A DNA stretch of 64,000 nucleotides from an uncultured Alphaproteobacteria bacterium (GTDB lineage: Bacteria; Pseudomonadota; Alphaproteobacteria; HIMB59; GCA-002718135). The DNA lies in contig CACBAT010000002.1 in assembly GCA_902537325.1 (NCBI GenBank), positions 24,610-88,609 on the forward strand. Reading direction: 5' to 3'. This document shows positions 48,158 to 57,584 of this stretch, one piece after another; positions within the stretch are counted from its first letter, which is position 1; the number at the start of each line of letters is the position of its first letter. The position numbers and the translations under genes were made by a program. The notes below the pieces were generated by a model. That model did not search any database. It saw only the letters and a list, made by a program, of their open reading frames with translations, and was not told the DNA's origin.

Positions 48158-48684
48158 ATTTTTAATTGAGGATATAAATCAGAAAATAATTTAGCTCCTT
48201 TTGAACAATTATCAATCCAATCATTATTTGAATTTTCATTTGCATAATCAGAAATATATTTAAAACATTTAAATCTAATATTATGTAATTTGCATACTTT
48301 AGCAAAAGAGTAAGCTTCCATATCAACAATATCACAATCTATTTCTACTGATGATTGAACAAAACTATCTCCTGATGCACATATATACCCCTCATTAGAA
48401 TATGTAATTTTTGATATTGGATCAAAAGGAGTTTCCCCTAATTTAAAGTTCATTAGACCTCTTGCATCCATATCTCTTTGAACAAACTTCGTGCATTCTA
48501 CTAATCCTGATAAGTTTTGCTTTGTTGAACCAGCTGTTCCATAATTGATTATTTCATTAGGTTGAAATTTTGAAATTAATTCCATAATTTTGATTGTAGC
48601 ATTAATCTTTCCCACACCTGAATAGTGGAAATCTTTAAGATTTGGAGTTTCTTCTTTAAGTGCTGCAATAAAAATTTGTCCCAT
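48154..48684 (-). CDS. truncated MTA/SAH-nucleosidase (Pfs/MtnN)-like nucleoside phosphorylase-family protein
   Basis: Aligns by eye to E. coli Pfs: IFIAALKEE, SGVGKINAT, IINYGTAGS, ASGDSFV, VDMEAYSFAKVC...ISDYAN. About 50 aa shorter and lacks the N-terminal beta-hairpin. Confidence 0.7.
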   Translation of the reverse strand: MGQIFIAALKEETPNLKDFHYSGVGKINATIKIMELISKFQPNEIINYGTAGSTKQNLSGLVECTKFVQRDMDARGLMNFKLGETPFDPISKITYSNEGYICASGDSFVQSSVEIDCDIVDMEAYSFAKVCKLHNIRFKCFKYISDYANENSNNDWIDNCSKGAKLFSDLYPQLKI

Positions 48685-49514
48685 TAATTTGGGCCAATTT
48701 GTTTTATAATTTTTTTTGTAACTTTTGTTAAATCTTTAATCGTAGGTTTTAGTAATTGCAATCTGTCATAAGTTTTAGGATTATTTTTGAGATTTTTTCT
48801 CAAAGCTTCCCCAAATGTCATTCTAATTTCAGTGCCAATATTTAGTTTTGCTACTTTTGTTTTTCTTGCTAGTTTTTTTCTTTGCTCTACTGGAATGCCG
48901 CTACTACCATGAAGAACTAAAGGGATTTTTGTTTTTGCTTCAATTAAATTAATTTTGTTGAAATCAATACTCGCTTTTTTTGAAGTCTGTAAATGTGTAT
49001 TACCAACGGATATTGCCATTGCATCAATATTACTTTTGTTTGCAAAAGTTACTGCATCTTCAATATTAGTACCTTCTGAAATTTTACCATTATCATAACC
49101 TACAAAACCTATTTCTCCCTCAATAGAAATATTATATTTGTGAGCTCTTGAAGCAATTTTCTTACTAATTTTTATATTTTCTTTTAAAGTTAATTTAGAA
49201 CCATCAAACATTACAGATGTAAAGCCACTATCAATCCCCTCATAACATTCATCTAGAGTGTATCCATGATCAACATGACAACAAATGTTCGTTTTTGTTT
49301 GACTCGCTAAGTATCTAAACATTTTTCCTAATATTGGAATTGGCGTGTGCGCTCTGCATGAAGGACCAGCTTGTAATATAATTGGAATTCCAGTTTCATC
49401 AGCGGCTTGCGTAAAAGCTAAGGCGTCATCCCAGCCTAGTACAACTAAACCTGCTACTGCATAATTATTTTTATTTGCATCATTTAAAATTTTTTTTAAA
49501 TTTACTGCTGTCAT
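48684..49514 (-). CDS. class II ketose-bisphosphate aldolase family (IolJ-like)
   Basis: YAVAGLVV, HVDHG, SVMFDGS and IPLVLHGSSGIP match the class II FBA/tagatose-bisphosphate/IolJ TIM-barrel family. Confidence 0.8.
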   Translation of the reverse strand: MTAVNLKKILNDANKNNYAVAGLVVLGWDDALAFTQAADETGIPIILQAGPSCRAHTPIPILGKMFRYLASQTKTNICCHVDHGYTLDECYEGIDSGFTSVMFDGSKLTLKENIKISKKIASRAHKYNISIEGEIGFVGYDNGKISEGTNIEDAVTFANKSNIDAMAISVGNTHLQTSKKASIDFNKINLIEAKTKIPLVLHGSSGIPVEQRKKLARKTKVAKLNIGTEIRMTFGEALRKNLKNNPKTYDRLQLLKPTIKDLTKVTKKIIKQIGPN

Positions 49515-50357
49515 TTACTTATATTTAGCAATCATATCCTTAATTCCTGGAATTGTTTCTACTTGATATGCGTGCTCAGGTTGAAAAAATTGGACAAGAG
49601 ATCTTTGAGACAGTCCTCCAAGAATTGTAAAATAATACATCTCATACCCAGGTGCTACAACACATGGATGATAGCCTGTTCTAATCATAATGGTCGATCC
49701 ATCAATTATATGTTCAGCTTTACCAACTTTATCATCAACTTGTTGAAACATCTGAAAACCAAATCCATTATTAGGTTTAAATCTGTAATTATATGTTTCA
49801 TCATGTCTAGTTTCATCAGGTAGACGATCTGTATCATGTTTATGCGGTGGAAACCCCGACCAACCTCCCTGACCTACAGTATAAAGTTCATTACAAAGCA
49901 ATCTTCCAACTTTATCATGATGCTTAGCACCTAAAATATGTTTAATTTTTCTATGAGTTTTTGTATCATCTGAGCCGTACTGTACTAAATCAATTTCATT
50001 TGTTCGAACAGCAAATGGTTCAAGAGTTTTATCATACTTTGCACCTGCAATAAAAATTTCTGAATTATCTACTAAAGATGTAAATTGAGCTTTTGTATTA
50101 GACGGAACATAAACACCTTCTGGCTCTCCATCCCACACATCAACTGTTCTAGTGCCCAATGACTCAACTTTTATTCCTTCAATTTCTACATTAATTGTTC
50201 CAGTAGCAGGTACTATACATGTTTCATAACCAGGAGTTTGATACTCAAAAGATTGATCTTTATTTAATTTTACTATGTTAAAATAATTTAAAGGAACTCT
50301 ACTGTCTTCAATATCTACAATTGGCTTGTTTTTATTATCAAATGGCGGAATATGCAT
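49515..50357 (-). CDS. iolB: 5-deoxy-glucuronate isomerase (IolB family cupin)
   Basis: GGWSGFPPHKHD...LPDET..ETYNYRF...GFGFQ...GYHPCVVAPGYEMYYF parallels B. subtilis IolB. The ATG at 50357 follows AAGGAGAA; the track start at 50381 is an extension. Confidence 0.85.
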   Translation of the reverse strand: MHIPPFDNKNKPIVDIEDSRVPLNYFNIVKLNKDQSFEYQTPGYETCIVPATGTINVEIEGIKVESLGTRTVDVWDGEPEGVYVPSNTKAQFTSLVDNSEIFIAGAKYDKTLEPFAVRTNEIDLVQYGSDDTKTHRKIKHILGAKHHDKVGRLLCNELYTVGQGGWSGFPPHKHDTDRLPDETRHDETYNYRFKPNNGFGFQMFQQVDDKVGKAEHIIDGSTIMIRTGYHPCVVAPGYEMYYFTILGGLSQRSLVQFFQPEHAYQVETIPGIKDMIAKYK

Positions 50358-50358
50358 A

Positions 50359-51345
50359 TTATTCTCCTTCATTAATTTCATTATATTTCATAAATTCTGA
50401 AATTTCATTTAAATTTGGCATTGCTGGAGCACAACCAACTTTTGTTACTACAATAGCTGCTGCGGCTGAACCTATCTCTATAGATTTTTCTAAATCATTA
50501 GCCTTTAACATTGATCCTATTAATGATCCCATAAATGCATCCCCAGCTCCAGTTGGTTTCAAAGGTTTTACAGGAAATATTCCTTTTTTTATCTCTTTAT
50601 TCATTGCAAAGGTAATAGAACCTTTTTCACCTTTTTTATAAATAATTAAGCTTACATTTTTCGCTAATTGTTTAGCATGATCCAAACCATTATTGTAATC
50701 ACCAGCTAATACTCCAAACTCATCATCGTTGCCAATTACACCACTACATTTACTTGATGCTAAATTATAAACTTCTTTTGCTTTATTTGATGATTCCCAA
50801 GTATATGGTCTATAATCAATATCCATAATTACAGGGATATTATTTTTATTTGCTATATCTAAAGCATATAAAGTAGCACTCCTTGAAGGTTCAGCTGCTA
50901 GAGAAGTCCCAGTAATTAATAGACAATCAAAGTTTTGTATATTAGCGTTTTCAATATCATCATTATTTAAAAATAAATCAGAAGCTTTATGTCTGTAAAT
51001 AATTGATTGATGATCTTTAATTGTGGTTTCTACTATAGCAAATGAAATTCTTGTTTCATTTTTTTCAAATTTTACTAATTTATTCTTAACACCATAATGA
51101 TTTAGCTGATTAATTGCAAATCTGCCTAAAGCATCGTCAGAGACTCTTGTGAGTAAGTTACAATTACCTCCAAATAGAGTTAATTGAACACCCATATTTG
51201 CAGAAGATCCTCCCAGATGAGTAACAAAGGATTTGGCATTTTCAGTTTTTGTTCCTGGTGGATCAGGGTATATATCTACTCCTGCTCTACCTATAAGTAA
51301 AAAATTATTTTTTTGAATTTTAGAGATTAAAAATTCAAATGACAT
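50359..51345 (-). CDS. iolC: PfkB-family sugar kinase, 5-dehydro-2-deoxygluconokinase (IolC)-like
   Basis: GRAGVDIYPD N-terminus, GGSSAN and TGAGDAF (PfkB signature 2). Operon context with iolB. Confidence 0.75.
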   Translation of the reverse strand: MSFEFLISKIQKNNFLLIGRAGVDIYPDPPGTKTENAKSFVTHLGGSSANMGVQLTLFGGNCNLLTRVSDDALGRFAINQLNHYGVKNKLVKFEKNETRISFAIVETTIKDHQSIIYRHKASDLFLNNDDIENANIQNFDCLLITGTSLAAEPSRSATLYALDIANKNNIPVIMDIDYRPYTWESSNKAKEVYNLASSKCSGVIGNDDEFGVLAGDYNNGLDHAKQLAKNVSLIIYKKGEKGSITFAMNKEIKKGIFPVKPLKPTGAGDAFMGSLIGSMLKANDLEKSIEIGSAAAAIVVTKVGCAPAMPNLNEISEFMKYNEINEGE

Positions 51346-51348
51346 AAA

Positions 51349-51690
51349 TTATTTATTCTTCATATCAATAAAATCAGCTTTATATTCAAAAGGATCAATT
51401 GCATCAATACAACCAATATTTACTGCACCACCATTTGGATCACTTCTTCTATTATGATGAGTATAAATGCCACAAATTTTACAAAAGAAATGTTCAGCTA
51501 TCATTGTGTTAAATTTATATGAAGTTAAATATTCTTTTCCTTTTATAATTGATAAAGATTCCTTAGATATCATTGCCATTTTAGCATTTTTTCTTTTACA
51601 AATTGAGCAATTACATTGTTTAATAATATCAAGATCATTATTAACTTTTAATTCTACTGCACCGCAATGACATTTAACATTATGTATCAT
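51349..51690 (-). CDS. GFA/CENP-V family zinc-binding protein
   Basis: CHCG...CNCSICKRK...FCKICG cysteine pattern of the glutathione-dependent formaldehyde-activating enzyme-like fold. Confidence 0.8.
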   Translation of the reverse strand: MIHNVKCHCGAVELKVNNDLDIIKQCNCSICKRKNAKMAMISKESLSIIKGKEYLTSYKFNTMIAEHFFCKICGIYTHHNRRSDPNGGAVNIGCIDAIDPFEYKADFIDMKNK

Positions 51691-51706
51691 AGAGCTCCTT
51701 ATTCAT

Positions 51707-51782
51707 TGGCGCGCCCGAAATGATTCGAACATTTGACCTACCGCTTAGAAGGCGGTTGCTCTATCCACTGAGCTACGGGCGC
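51707..51782 (-). tRNA. tRNA-Arg (UCU)
   Basis: Reverse complement folds as acceptor GCGCCCG/CGGGCGC, D-arm GCUC-AGUGGAUA-GAGC, anticodon loop CUUCUAA, T-arm AAAUG-UUCGAAU-CAUUU, encoded CCA. Confidence 0.9.
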
Positions 51783-51829
51783 ATAATTTTCATTTATCAT
51801 AGTCTAAAAAATAAGGAAAGATATTATGC

Positions 51830-52135
51830 TTAATGTGTCCAAGGCTCTTTTCTATTTGTATCGAAATTTGAAGCATAACTTTTAGGCTTAATTTTTCTTT
51901 GCTTTGGTTCTTCGACAAAATATTGATAATTATTATTTTTTGCCCATTCAATGGCTTGTTCTTTAGTATCAAAAAAAAGTTTAATCTGAGATTTGGTATC
52001 TAATGAACTATTCCATCCCATTAAAGAATCTTTTACTTTTTCTACTTCAGAAATATATTCCGCTAACCACAATTTAGTTTTTTTAAAACCTGACTGCATA
52101 GAAGTTTTTGAAGGTTTATAAATTTTTATAGTCAT
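51830..52135 (-). CDS. ETC complex I subunit conserved-region protein (NDUFS4-like)
   Basis: IYKPSKTSMQSG...LMGWNSSLDT...EQAIEWAKNNNYQY...EPWTH matches the bacterial NDUFS4-like family pattern. Confidence 0.8.
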   Translation of the reverse strand: MTIKIYKPSKTSMQSGFKKTKLWLAEYISEVEKVKDSLMGWNSSLDTKSQIKLFFDTKEQAIEWAKNNNYQYFVEEPKQRKIKPKSYASNFDTNRKEPWTH

Positions 52136-53910
52136 TAGATTGCTGTTTCAAAATATTTATCATTATAATCATTATAGTATTTTCCACCAGATCTTATGTT
52201 TTGACAAAGAAGTTCTGTTTCACCTAATAATTTAGTTAAAAAAAAGTTACCAGTTTCAATTTTAGATTTATAAAAACTTTCATCATTCTTTTCTAATTTT
52301 ACTAATGAAATTTCTATATAGTGTAACCAAATATAACCTAGAGAAATCAAAGATGATAAATTTAAAAATTCTACAGCATGAGAATTAATCTCATTTTCAT
52401 CATTTAACGATTTAATATATTCAAAAATACTTTTGTAAGAATCATATGAAGGCATAAATAAATCAATATATTTTTTCATATTTTGATTATTAGAAATTTT
52501 AACTTGATAATTATCAATCATAGTAAAAAATTCATTAAATAATGCACCATTATCAGTTTGTAATTTTCTTCCTATCAAATCTAGAGCTTGAATACCGTTT
52601 GTTCCTTCATAGATTGTTGTAATTCTTGCATCTCTTACTAATTGTTCCATTCCATGATCAGTAATGAAACCATGACCTCCATAGATTTGCATAGCTCGAT
52701 TTGTATTTTCTACAGATTTATCTGAAGCATACGATTTAATAATTGGCGTCATGAGTGCTATAAAATTTTCTGATAATTTCTTTTCTTTATCATCTGAAGA
52801 ATTTTCAATATTATCAAAGTGATTTCCAGCCAATAAAGTTAAACCTCTAACTGCTTCATTAATGGATTTTATATACAACAAGTTTTTTCTTATTTCAGGA
52901 TGAACAATTATAGGATCAGCTACCTGATTGCTGGAAGATAATTTTCCTTGTAAACGCTCTTTCGAATAATAAAGTGCTGATTGATAAGCAGTTTCTGATA
53001 AACCTAAGCCTTGTATGCCTACAAACAAACGAGCTCCATTCATCATTATAAACATCGCTCTCATTCCTTTATTAATATCGCCTACTAGCCAGCCCTTAGC
53101 TTCATTGTAATGCATGACACAGGTTGGACTAGCATGAATACCCATCTTCTTTTCTATTGATCCACATTCAACTTTATTTTTATCAACAAAATCACCACTT
53201 TCATTTGGTAAAAATTTAGGAACCAAGAATAAACTTATACCTTTTATACCAGGGGGCGCATTTGGTGTTCTTGCTAGTACTAAATGAATAATGTTATCAC
53301 TTAGATCATGCTCTCCACAGGTAATGAAAATTTTGGTACCAGTAATGCTATAACTTCCATCATCTAATGGTGTTGCCATTGTTTTACTTAATCCAAGATC
53401 TGTTCCACATTGAGGTTCAGTTAAATTCATTGTTCCTGTCCACTTACCACTAGTTAAATTTGGCAAATAAATATTTTTCAAATCTTCATTAGCACTCTTT
53501 TCAATTGCATCGATTGCATTTGCTGTAAGACCTGGGTAAAGACCAAATGACATATTAGTAGAGCTTATCATTTCATCTAAAATCATATTCATAATATAAG
53601 GTAGGTTTTGACCACCAAATTCTTCTTTTACTTTCAGTCCCTGCCAGCCATTTTCAGAAAAAGTTTTATAAGCTTCTTTAAATCCTTTTGGTGCAGTCAC
53701 AACTCCATTATTAAAAGAACATCCTTCACTATCTCCACTTTGATTAAGCGGGAGTAAGGTTTCTTCACATAGTTTTGCTGCTTCTTCAATAATAAGCATT
53801 AGATCGCTTGTTTCTAAATCTAATTTTTTTAATGTTTGACTTTCCTTAAGATTTAAAAAATCTTCAATTAGAAATTTAAACTCACGTAGTGGTGTTTTAT
53901 AAATTTGCAT
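52135..53910 (-). CDS. long-form acyl-CoA dehydrogenase with C-terminal extension
   Basis: LTEPQCGTDLG, QIYGGHGF and IYEGTNGIQALDL ACAD motifs, plus a ~150-aa helical C-terminal domain. Confidence 0.85.
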   Translation of the reverse strand: MQIYKTPLREFKFLIEDFLNLKESQTLKKLDLETSDLMLIIEEAAKLCEETLLPLNQSGDSEGCSFNNGVVTAPKGFKEAYKTFSENGWQGLKVKEEFGGQNLPYIMNMILDEMISSTNMSFGLYPGLTANAIDAIEKSANEDLKNIYLPNLTSGKWTGTMNLTEPQCGTDLGLSKTMATPLDDGSYSITGTKIFITCGEHDLSDNIIHLVLARTPNAPPGIKGISLFLVPKFLPNESGDFVDKNKVECGSIEKKMGIHASPTCVMHYNEAKGWLVGDINKGMRAMFIMMNGARLFVGIQGLGLSETAYQSALYYSKERLQGKLSSSNQVADPIIVHPEIRKNLLYIKSINEAVRGLTLLAGNHFDNIENSSDDKEKKLSENFIALMTPIIKSYASDKSVENTNRAMQIYGGHGFITDHGMEQLVRDARITTIYEGTNGIQALDLIGRKLQTDNGALFNEFFTMIDNYQVKISNNQNMKKYIDLFMPSYDSYKSIFEYIKSLNDENEINSHAVEFLNLSSLISLGYIWLHYIEISLVKLEKNDESFYKSKIETGNFFLTKLLGETELLCQNIRSGGKYYNDYNDKYFETAI

Positions 53911-53915
53911 GATAT

Positions 53916-55055
53916 TTAATTAATATTTTCTAACACAGTTGCAATACCTTGACCTAAACCTATACATTGTGTCGCTAATCCATACTTTTTATTATTATTT
54001 TGTAATAAAGTTGCAACTTTACCAGTAATCCTTGCTCCAGTAGCACCTAAAGGGTGGCCTAATGCTATTGCTCCACCATGTATATTTACTTTATTTATGT
54101 CCATCTTTAATTCTTTAATACATGCTAAAGATTGAGAAGCAAATGCCTCATTTAGTTCCACAATATCAATATCGGAAATAGATAAATTAGCTCTTTTTAA
54201 AGCTTTTTTAGATGCATTAATTGGGCCAAGACCCATTAACTCTGGTGGACAACCAACTACGGCTGTAGATTTAATACGAGCTAAAATATTTAGATTATTT
54301 TTTTTTGCATATTCTTCCTCACAAACAATTACTGCTGATGCTCCATCTGTTAATGGTGAGGCTGTACCAGCTGTAACTGTTCCATTTTCATCAAAAGCAA
54401 GTTTTAACCCATCTAAAATTTCATGTGAGGTGTTAGCTCGAATGCCACCATCTTTATTAATTTTCTCATCATTATTTGTGATAGAAACTATTTCATTGTC
54501 GAACATATTTGATTCTCTAGCTAAATTAGCTTTGTAATGGCTGCTAATAGCAAATTCTTGTTGTTCTTTTCGAGAAATATTAAATTTTTTTGCAACATTT
54601 TCAGCTGTAATACCCATAGACATATATACATTTGGATTATCTTTATTTAATTGAGGATGAGGATCGTATGTTAATCCATTCATAGGTATAAATGTCATAC
54701 TTTCTACACCACAACATAAAAAAACGTCTCCAGAGTTAATTGCAATCGCACCAGTTGCATCATGAATAGCTTGCATTGAAGAACCGCACCATCTGTTGAC
54801 TGTCATACCTGCTACATGTTCTGGCATATCTGTCATGAAAGAAACAATTTTAGCAATATTATTACCTTGTGCTCCTTCAGGATACGCACAGCCAGTAATA
54901 ATGTCCTCTATGTCGTTTTTATTAATTTGAATTTGATTAAGTAATTGATTTATTGTTTGTGATAAAATGTCTTCTGGTCTTATATTAGCCATTTCACCTT
55001 TACGAGCAAAGGTGAAGGGCGATCTTTTGTAACCTATAATAACTGCATTTCTCAT
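53916..55055 (-). CDS. acetyl-CoA acetyltransferase / 3-ketoacyl-CoA thiolase
   Basis: Active-site NRWCGSSMQA, NEAFA, GGAIALGHPLGATG and CIGLGQG. Confidence 0.9.
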   Translation of the reverse strand: MRNAVIIGYKRSPFTFARKGEMANIRPEDILSQTINQLLNQIQINKNDIEDIITGCAYPEGAQGNNIAKIVSFMTDMPEHVAGMTVNRWCGSSMQAIHDATGAIAINSGDVFLCCGVESMTFIPMNGLTYDPHPQLNKDNPNVYMSMGITAENVAKKFNISRKEQQEFAISSHYKANLARESNMFDNEIVSITNNDEKINKDGGIRANTSHEILDGLKLAFDENGTVTAGTASPLTDGASAVIVCEEEYAKKNNLNILARIKSTAVVGCPPELMGLGPINASKKALKRANLSISDIDIVELNEAFASQSLACIKELKMDINKVNIHGGAIALGHPLGATGARITGKVATLLQNNNKKYGLATQCIGLGQGIATVLENIN

Positions 55056-55571
55056 TTAAAACTCCATTAAAGAATGTATTTCAATTCCTTTTTCAATTAG
55101 TTTTTTATCACCACTTAAATCTGGTAAATTTATTATAAAACCTGCACCAACAATATTTTTGTCTTCAAACTTTTTAATTAACTCTACTGCTGCAAGTGCA
55201 GTTCCGCCTGTTGCTAAAAGATCATCAATAATTAGTAAATCTTTATGACCATCTAAGGCATCTGTATGAATATGCATTTCAGTTGATCCATACTCTAAGT
55301 CGTATGAGGTTTTGAAAGTATTAAATGGAAGTTTATGAGGTTTTCTCAAAGGAACAAATGCTGCATTTAAAAAATAAGCTATTGCACCTGCCATAATAAA
55401 TCCACGTGATTCTATGCTTAAAACTGCATCTATTTTTTTATTTTGCCATGGTTTTACCATGTCATCAATGACTTTTTTAAAGTGTCCTGCATTTTGCAAC
55501 AATGTTGTAATATCTCTGAATTGAATTCCTTTAACAGGATAATCAGCAATTGTTCGAACGTATTCTTTCAT
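55056..55571 (-). CDS. apt: adenine phosphoribosyltransferase
   Basis: YPVKGIQFRDIT and the PRPP loop LIIDDLLATGGT. Confidence 0.9.
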   Translation of the reverse strand: MKEYVRTIADYPVKGIQFRDITTLLQNAGHFKKVIDDMVKPWQNKKIDAVLSIESRGFIMAGAIAYFLNAAFVPLRKPHKLPFNTFKTSYDLEYGSTEMHIHTDALDGHKDLLIIDDLLATGGTALAAVELIKKFEDKNIVGAGFIINLPDLSGDKKLIEKGIEIHSLMEF

Positions 55572-56131
55572 TAGGTTTTTTCAATGTCTTTTATATCAAA
55601 TAAAGTAACAGGTGCAAAATTTGAAGAACAATCGTATGTTTTAGTATAAGGGAATTTTAAAAATGATTTTGAGATTTGATTTCTAACACCTAATTTCTTT
55701 TCAAAGTGATTTATCAATAATTTATTTGGGTTTGCATGTGGTGCAAGATTACGAATATATTTAATTGTATTTTCAATATTAGTTTTGTTTTCTCTACAAA
55801 GTAAATAAGTAGCTGTTGCCATTGATCTTGAGACACCACACCAACAATGAATAACAATATCTTCATCATAAGCATATGTGGAAGTAAAATTAGCTATTGA
55901 ATTTACATGCTCTTCCGCAGGTAGAATTTGTGGTATTTCATCAGTATTCAATCGAAATATTTTATTATTGCTACTAATTTCAATAATATCGTCAAATCCT
56001 AACTTTAAATGATTTTTTACTCCCTTGGGTGTTTCTGGTGCATATCCTGGATCAATTACTGATACAAGATATTTGGGCTGTATGCTTTCACACACATTAG
56101 GTAAATCATTAAGAGAACAAACAATTATCAT
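55571..56131 (-). CDS. Cys-based (CX5R) protein-tyrosine/dual-specificity phosphatase-like protein
   Basis: HCWCGVSRS contains the C-X5-R P-loop signature, 186 aa. Confidence 0.6.
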   Translation of the reverse strand: MIIVCSLNDLPNVCESIQPKYLVSVIDPGYAPETPKGVKNHLKLGFDDIIEISSNNKIFRLNTDEIPQILPAEEHVNSIANFTSTYAYDEDIVIHCWCGVSRSMATATYLLCRENKTNIENTIKYIRNLAPHANPNKLLINHFEKKLGVRNQISKSFLKFPYTKTYDCSSNFAPVTLFDIKDIEKT

Positions 56132-56156
56132 AAAAAAAGGGTGGTATAAACCACCC
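56132..56156 (-). terminator. intrinsic terminator after the SBP gene
   Basis: Minus strand GGGUGG-UUUAUA-CCACCC followed by U7, 24 nt after the SBP stop. Confidence 0.7.
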
Positions 56157-56179
56157 TTAATAAAAGTAAAATAATTAAA

Positions 56180-57514
56180 CTACTCTGCAGTTGCATCTGC
56201 TAATATTGCATTAGCATCTTCATTTAATTGATTTAATGTTGAAATGATATCATCACCATTAATGATTGCTGCATAAGCTTTTTCAACCTCACCTCTGACT
56301 GAATAATAGCCAGGAACAGAAGGCTCACCTTTTCCGTATTGAACCATTTTTAATGATTTATCATATTGAGGTAATTCAGCTCTTTTTTCAGCAATTAATG
56401 GATGATCTGCAGAAGAGGTTCTAACAAAACCATATCCACTTTCAGTTGACCAAACTGCTGAGTTCTCAGTATTAGAAATGTATTTCATCCACTGATATGC
56501 TGCTACCATTCTATTAGCATCACCTGAATTTCCCATAATTAAACCACCGCCATATAAGTTTAGCACTGGTTCACTAGTGGTGTATGATAATGGAGCTACA
56601 TCCCAATTACCATTGTAACCCTCTTCAATGGCTTTCTGGAAATAAGTGATACCAGAAGTAGATCCTGCAGCAAATAAAACAGAACCTTGTCCTAAGTATT
56701 GCTGGTCAGTGTATTTACCTCTTGCAACTATTGCGCATCCTTTATTAGCCATTCCTTGAATGAATTCCATAGCTTCAATGGCTTTTGGGCTATTATAAAT
56801 ATACTGACCATTATCATAGTCAAATACATCACCTCCATGCGCAAATACCCATGCTGCAAAGTTACTTGCATCTGTATCTATTTCATATCCATAACTTGGA
56901 ACATCTTCACCCATCTTACCGCTATAATCTTGATTTGTTGCAGCACATGCTGCTTCCGCAAAATCAGCAGGAGTTTTAGGAGCATCTAAACCTAGTTCCT
57001 TTAACCAATCTGCATTGTAATAAAGGATCTCTATTGATTTTCCAACTTCATGTAATAGCTTTGGATTTCCATCAAAATATGGTGAAAAGCCAACAGTCCA
57101 GTTTGCACCCCAATCTGCTATATCATCTTGAGAAACACCCCATTTTTTACTATTTGCTAAAATATTTTGATCAATTGAAGCACCAATTAAGTACATATCT
57201 GCAGCAGCATTACCATAACCTCTTGCAACATCTGCTATATCTTTTGTTCCTGCAGCAGACATCATAGCAGATTGAACTTTTCCATAATGCCCTTTGTGAA
57301 CAACATTAACTTTTATTCCTGTTTCAGCTTCAAATCTTTCAGCTCTTGCCATCATTGCATCTAATCTTTCATCTGAATATTGAACCCAGAATTCAACAGT
57401 TTGACCTGAAGGATCTGCATTTTCAATATCTTGTGCAGTAATTGCGAATGATTGCGAGGAGATAAAAAATAAAGAAGCTAAGAAGAAATTTAAAATATAT
57501 TTATAAAATTTCAT
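56180..57514 (-). CDS. ABC transporter substrate-binding protein (family 1, carbohydrate/CUT1-like)
   Basis: Signal peptide. Large Trp/Tyr/Gly-rich SBP. Sits with MalF/MalG-type permeases. ATG at 57514 after GGGGTGA; the track start at 57520 is GTG. Confidence 0.8.
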   Translation of the reverse strand: MKFYKYILNFFLASLFFISSQSFAITAQDIENADPSGQTVEFWVQYSDERLDAMMARAERFEAETGIKVNVVHKGHYGKVQSAMMSAAGTKDIADVARGYGNAAADMYLIGASIDQNILANSKKWGVSQDDIADWGANWTVGFSPYFDGNPKLLHEVGKSIEILYYNADWLKELGLDAPKTPADFAEAACAATNQDYSGKMGEDVPSYGYEIDTDASNFAAWVFAHGGDVFDYDNGQYIYNSPKAIEAMEFIQGMANKGCAIVARGKYTDQQYLGQGSVLFAAGSTSGITYFQKAIEEGYNGNWDVAPLSYTTSEPVLNLYGGGLIMGNSGDANRMVAAYQWMKYISNTENSAVWSTESGYGFVRTSSADHPLIAEKRAELPQYDKSLKMVQYGKGEPSVPGYYSVRGEVEKAYAAIINGDDIISTLNQLNEDANAILADATAE

Positions 57515-57584
57515 AATCACCCCGTAAAAAATATTAATTAATATAGAGGTAAAATTAAAGTTTTGTTACAAAAAATTTACTGAT

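Noticed and set aside
44667-57514. The two substrate-binding protein genes (44667-45671 and 56180-57514) are visibly less AT-rich than their surroundings, which could suggest horizontal acquisition.
   Set aside because: They sit in intact operons with their cognate permeases. They have strong SDs and dedicated terminators. The shift is more simply explained by codon bias of very highly expressed genes. A GC/codon calculation was not run.
3391-57520. The track shows N-terminal extensions at 3391, 10599, 14914, 44620, 45826, 50381 and 57520.
   Set aside because: Most begin with TTG or GTG inside the upstream gene or a terminator U-tract, and two (14914, 50381) are upstream in-frame ATGs with no SD. 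In each case an in-frame ATG a few codons downstream is preceded by a GGAG-type SD and matches the conserved family N-terminus. The shorter coordinates are used.
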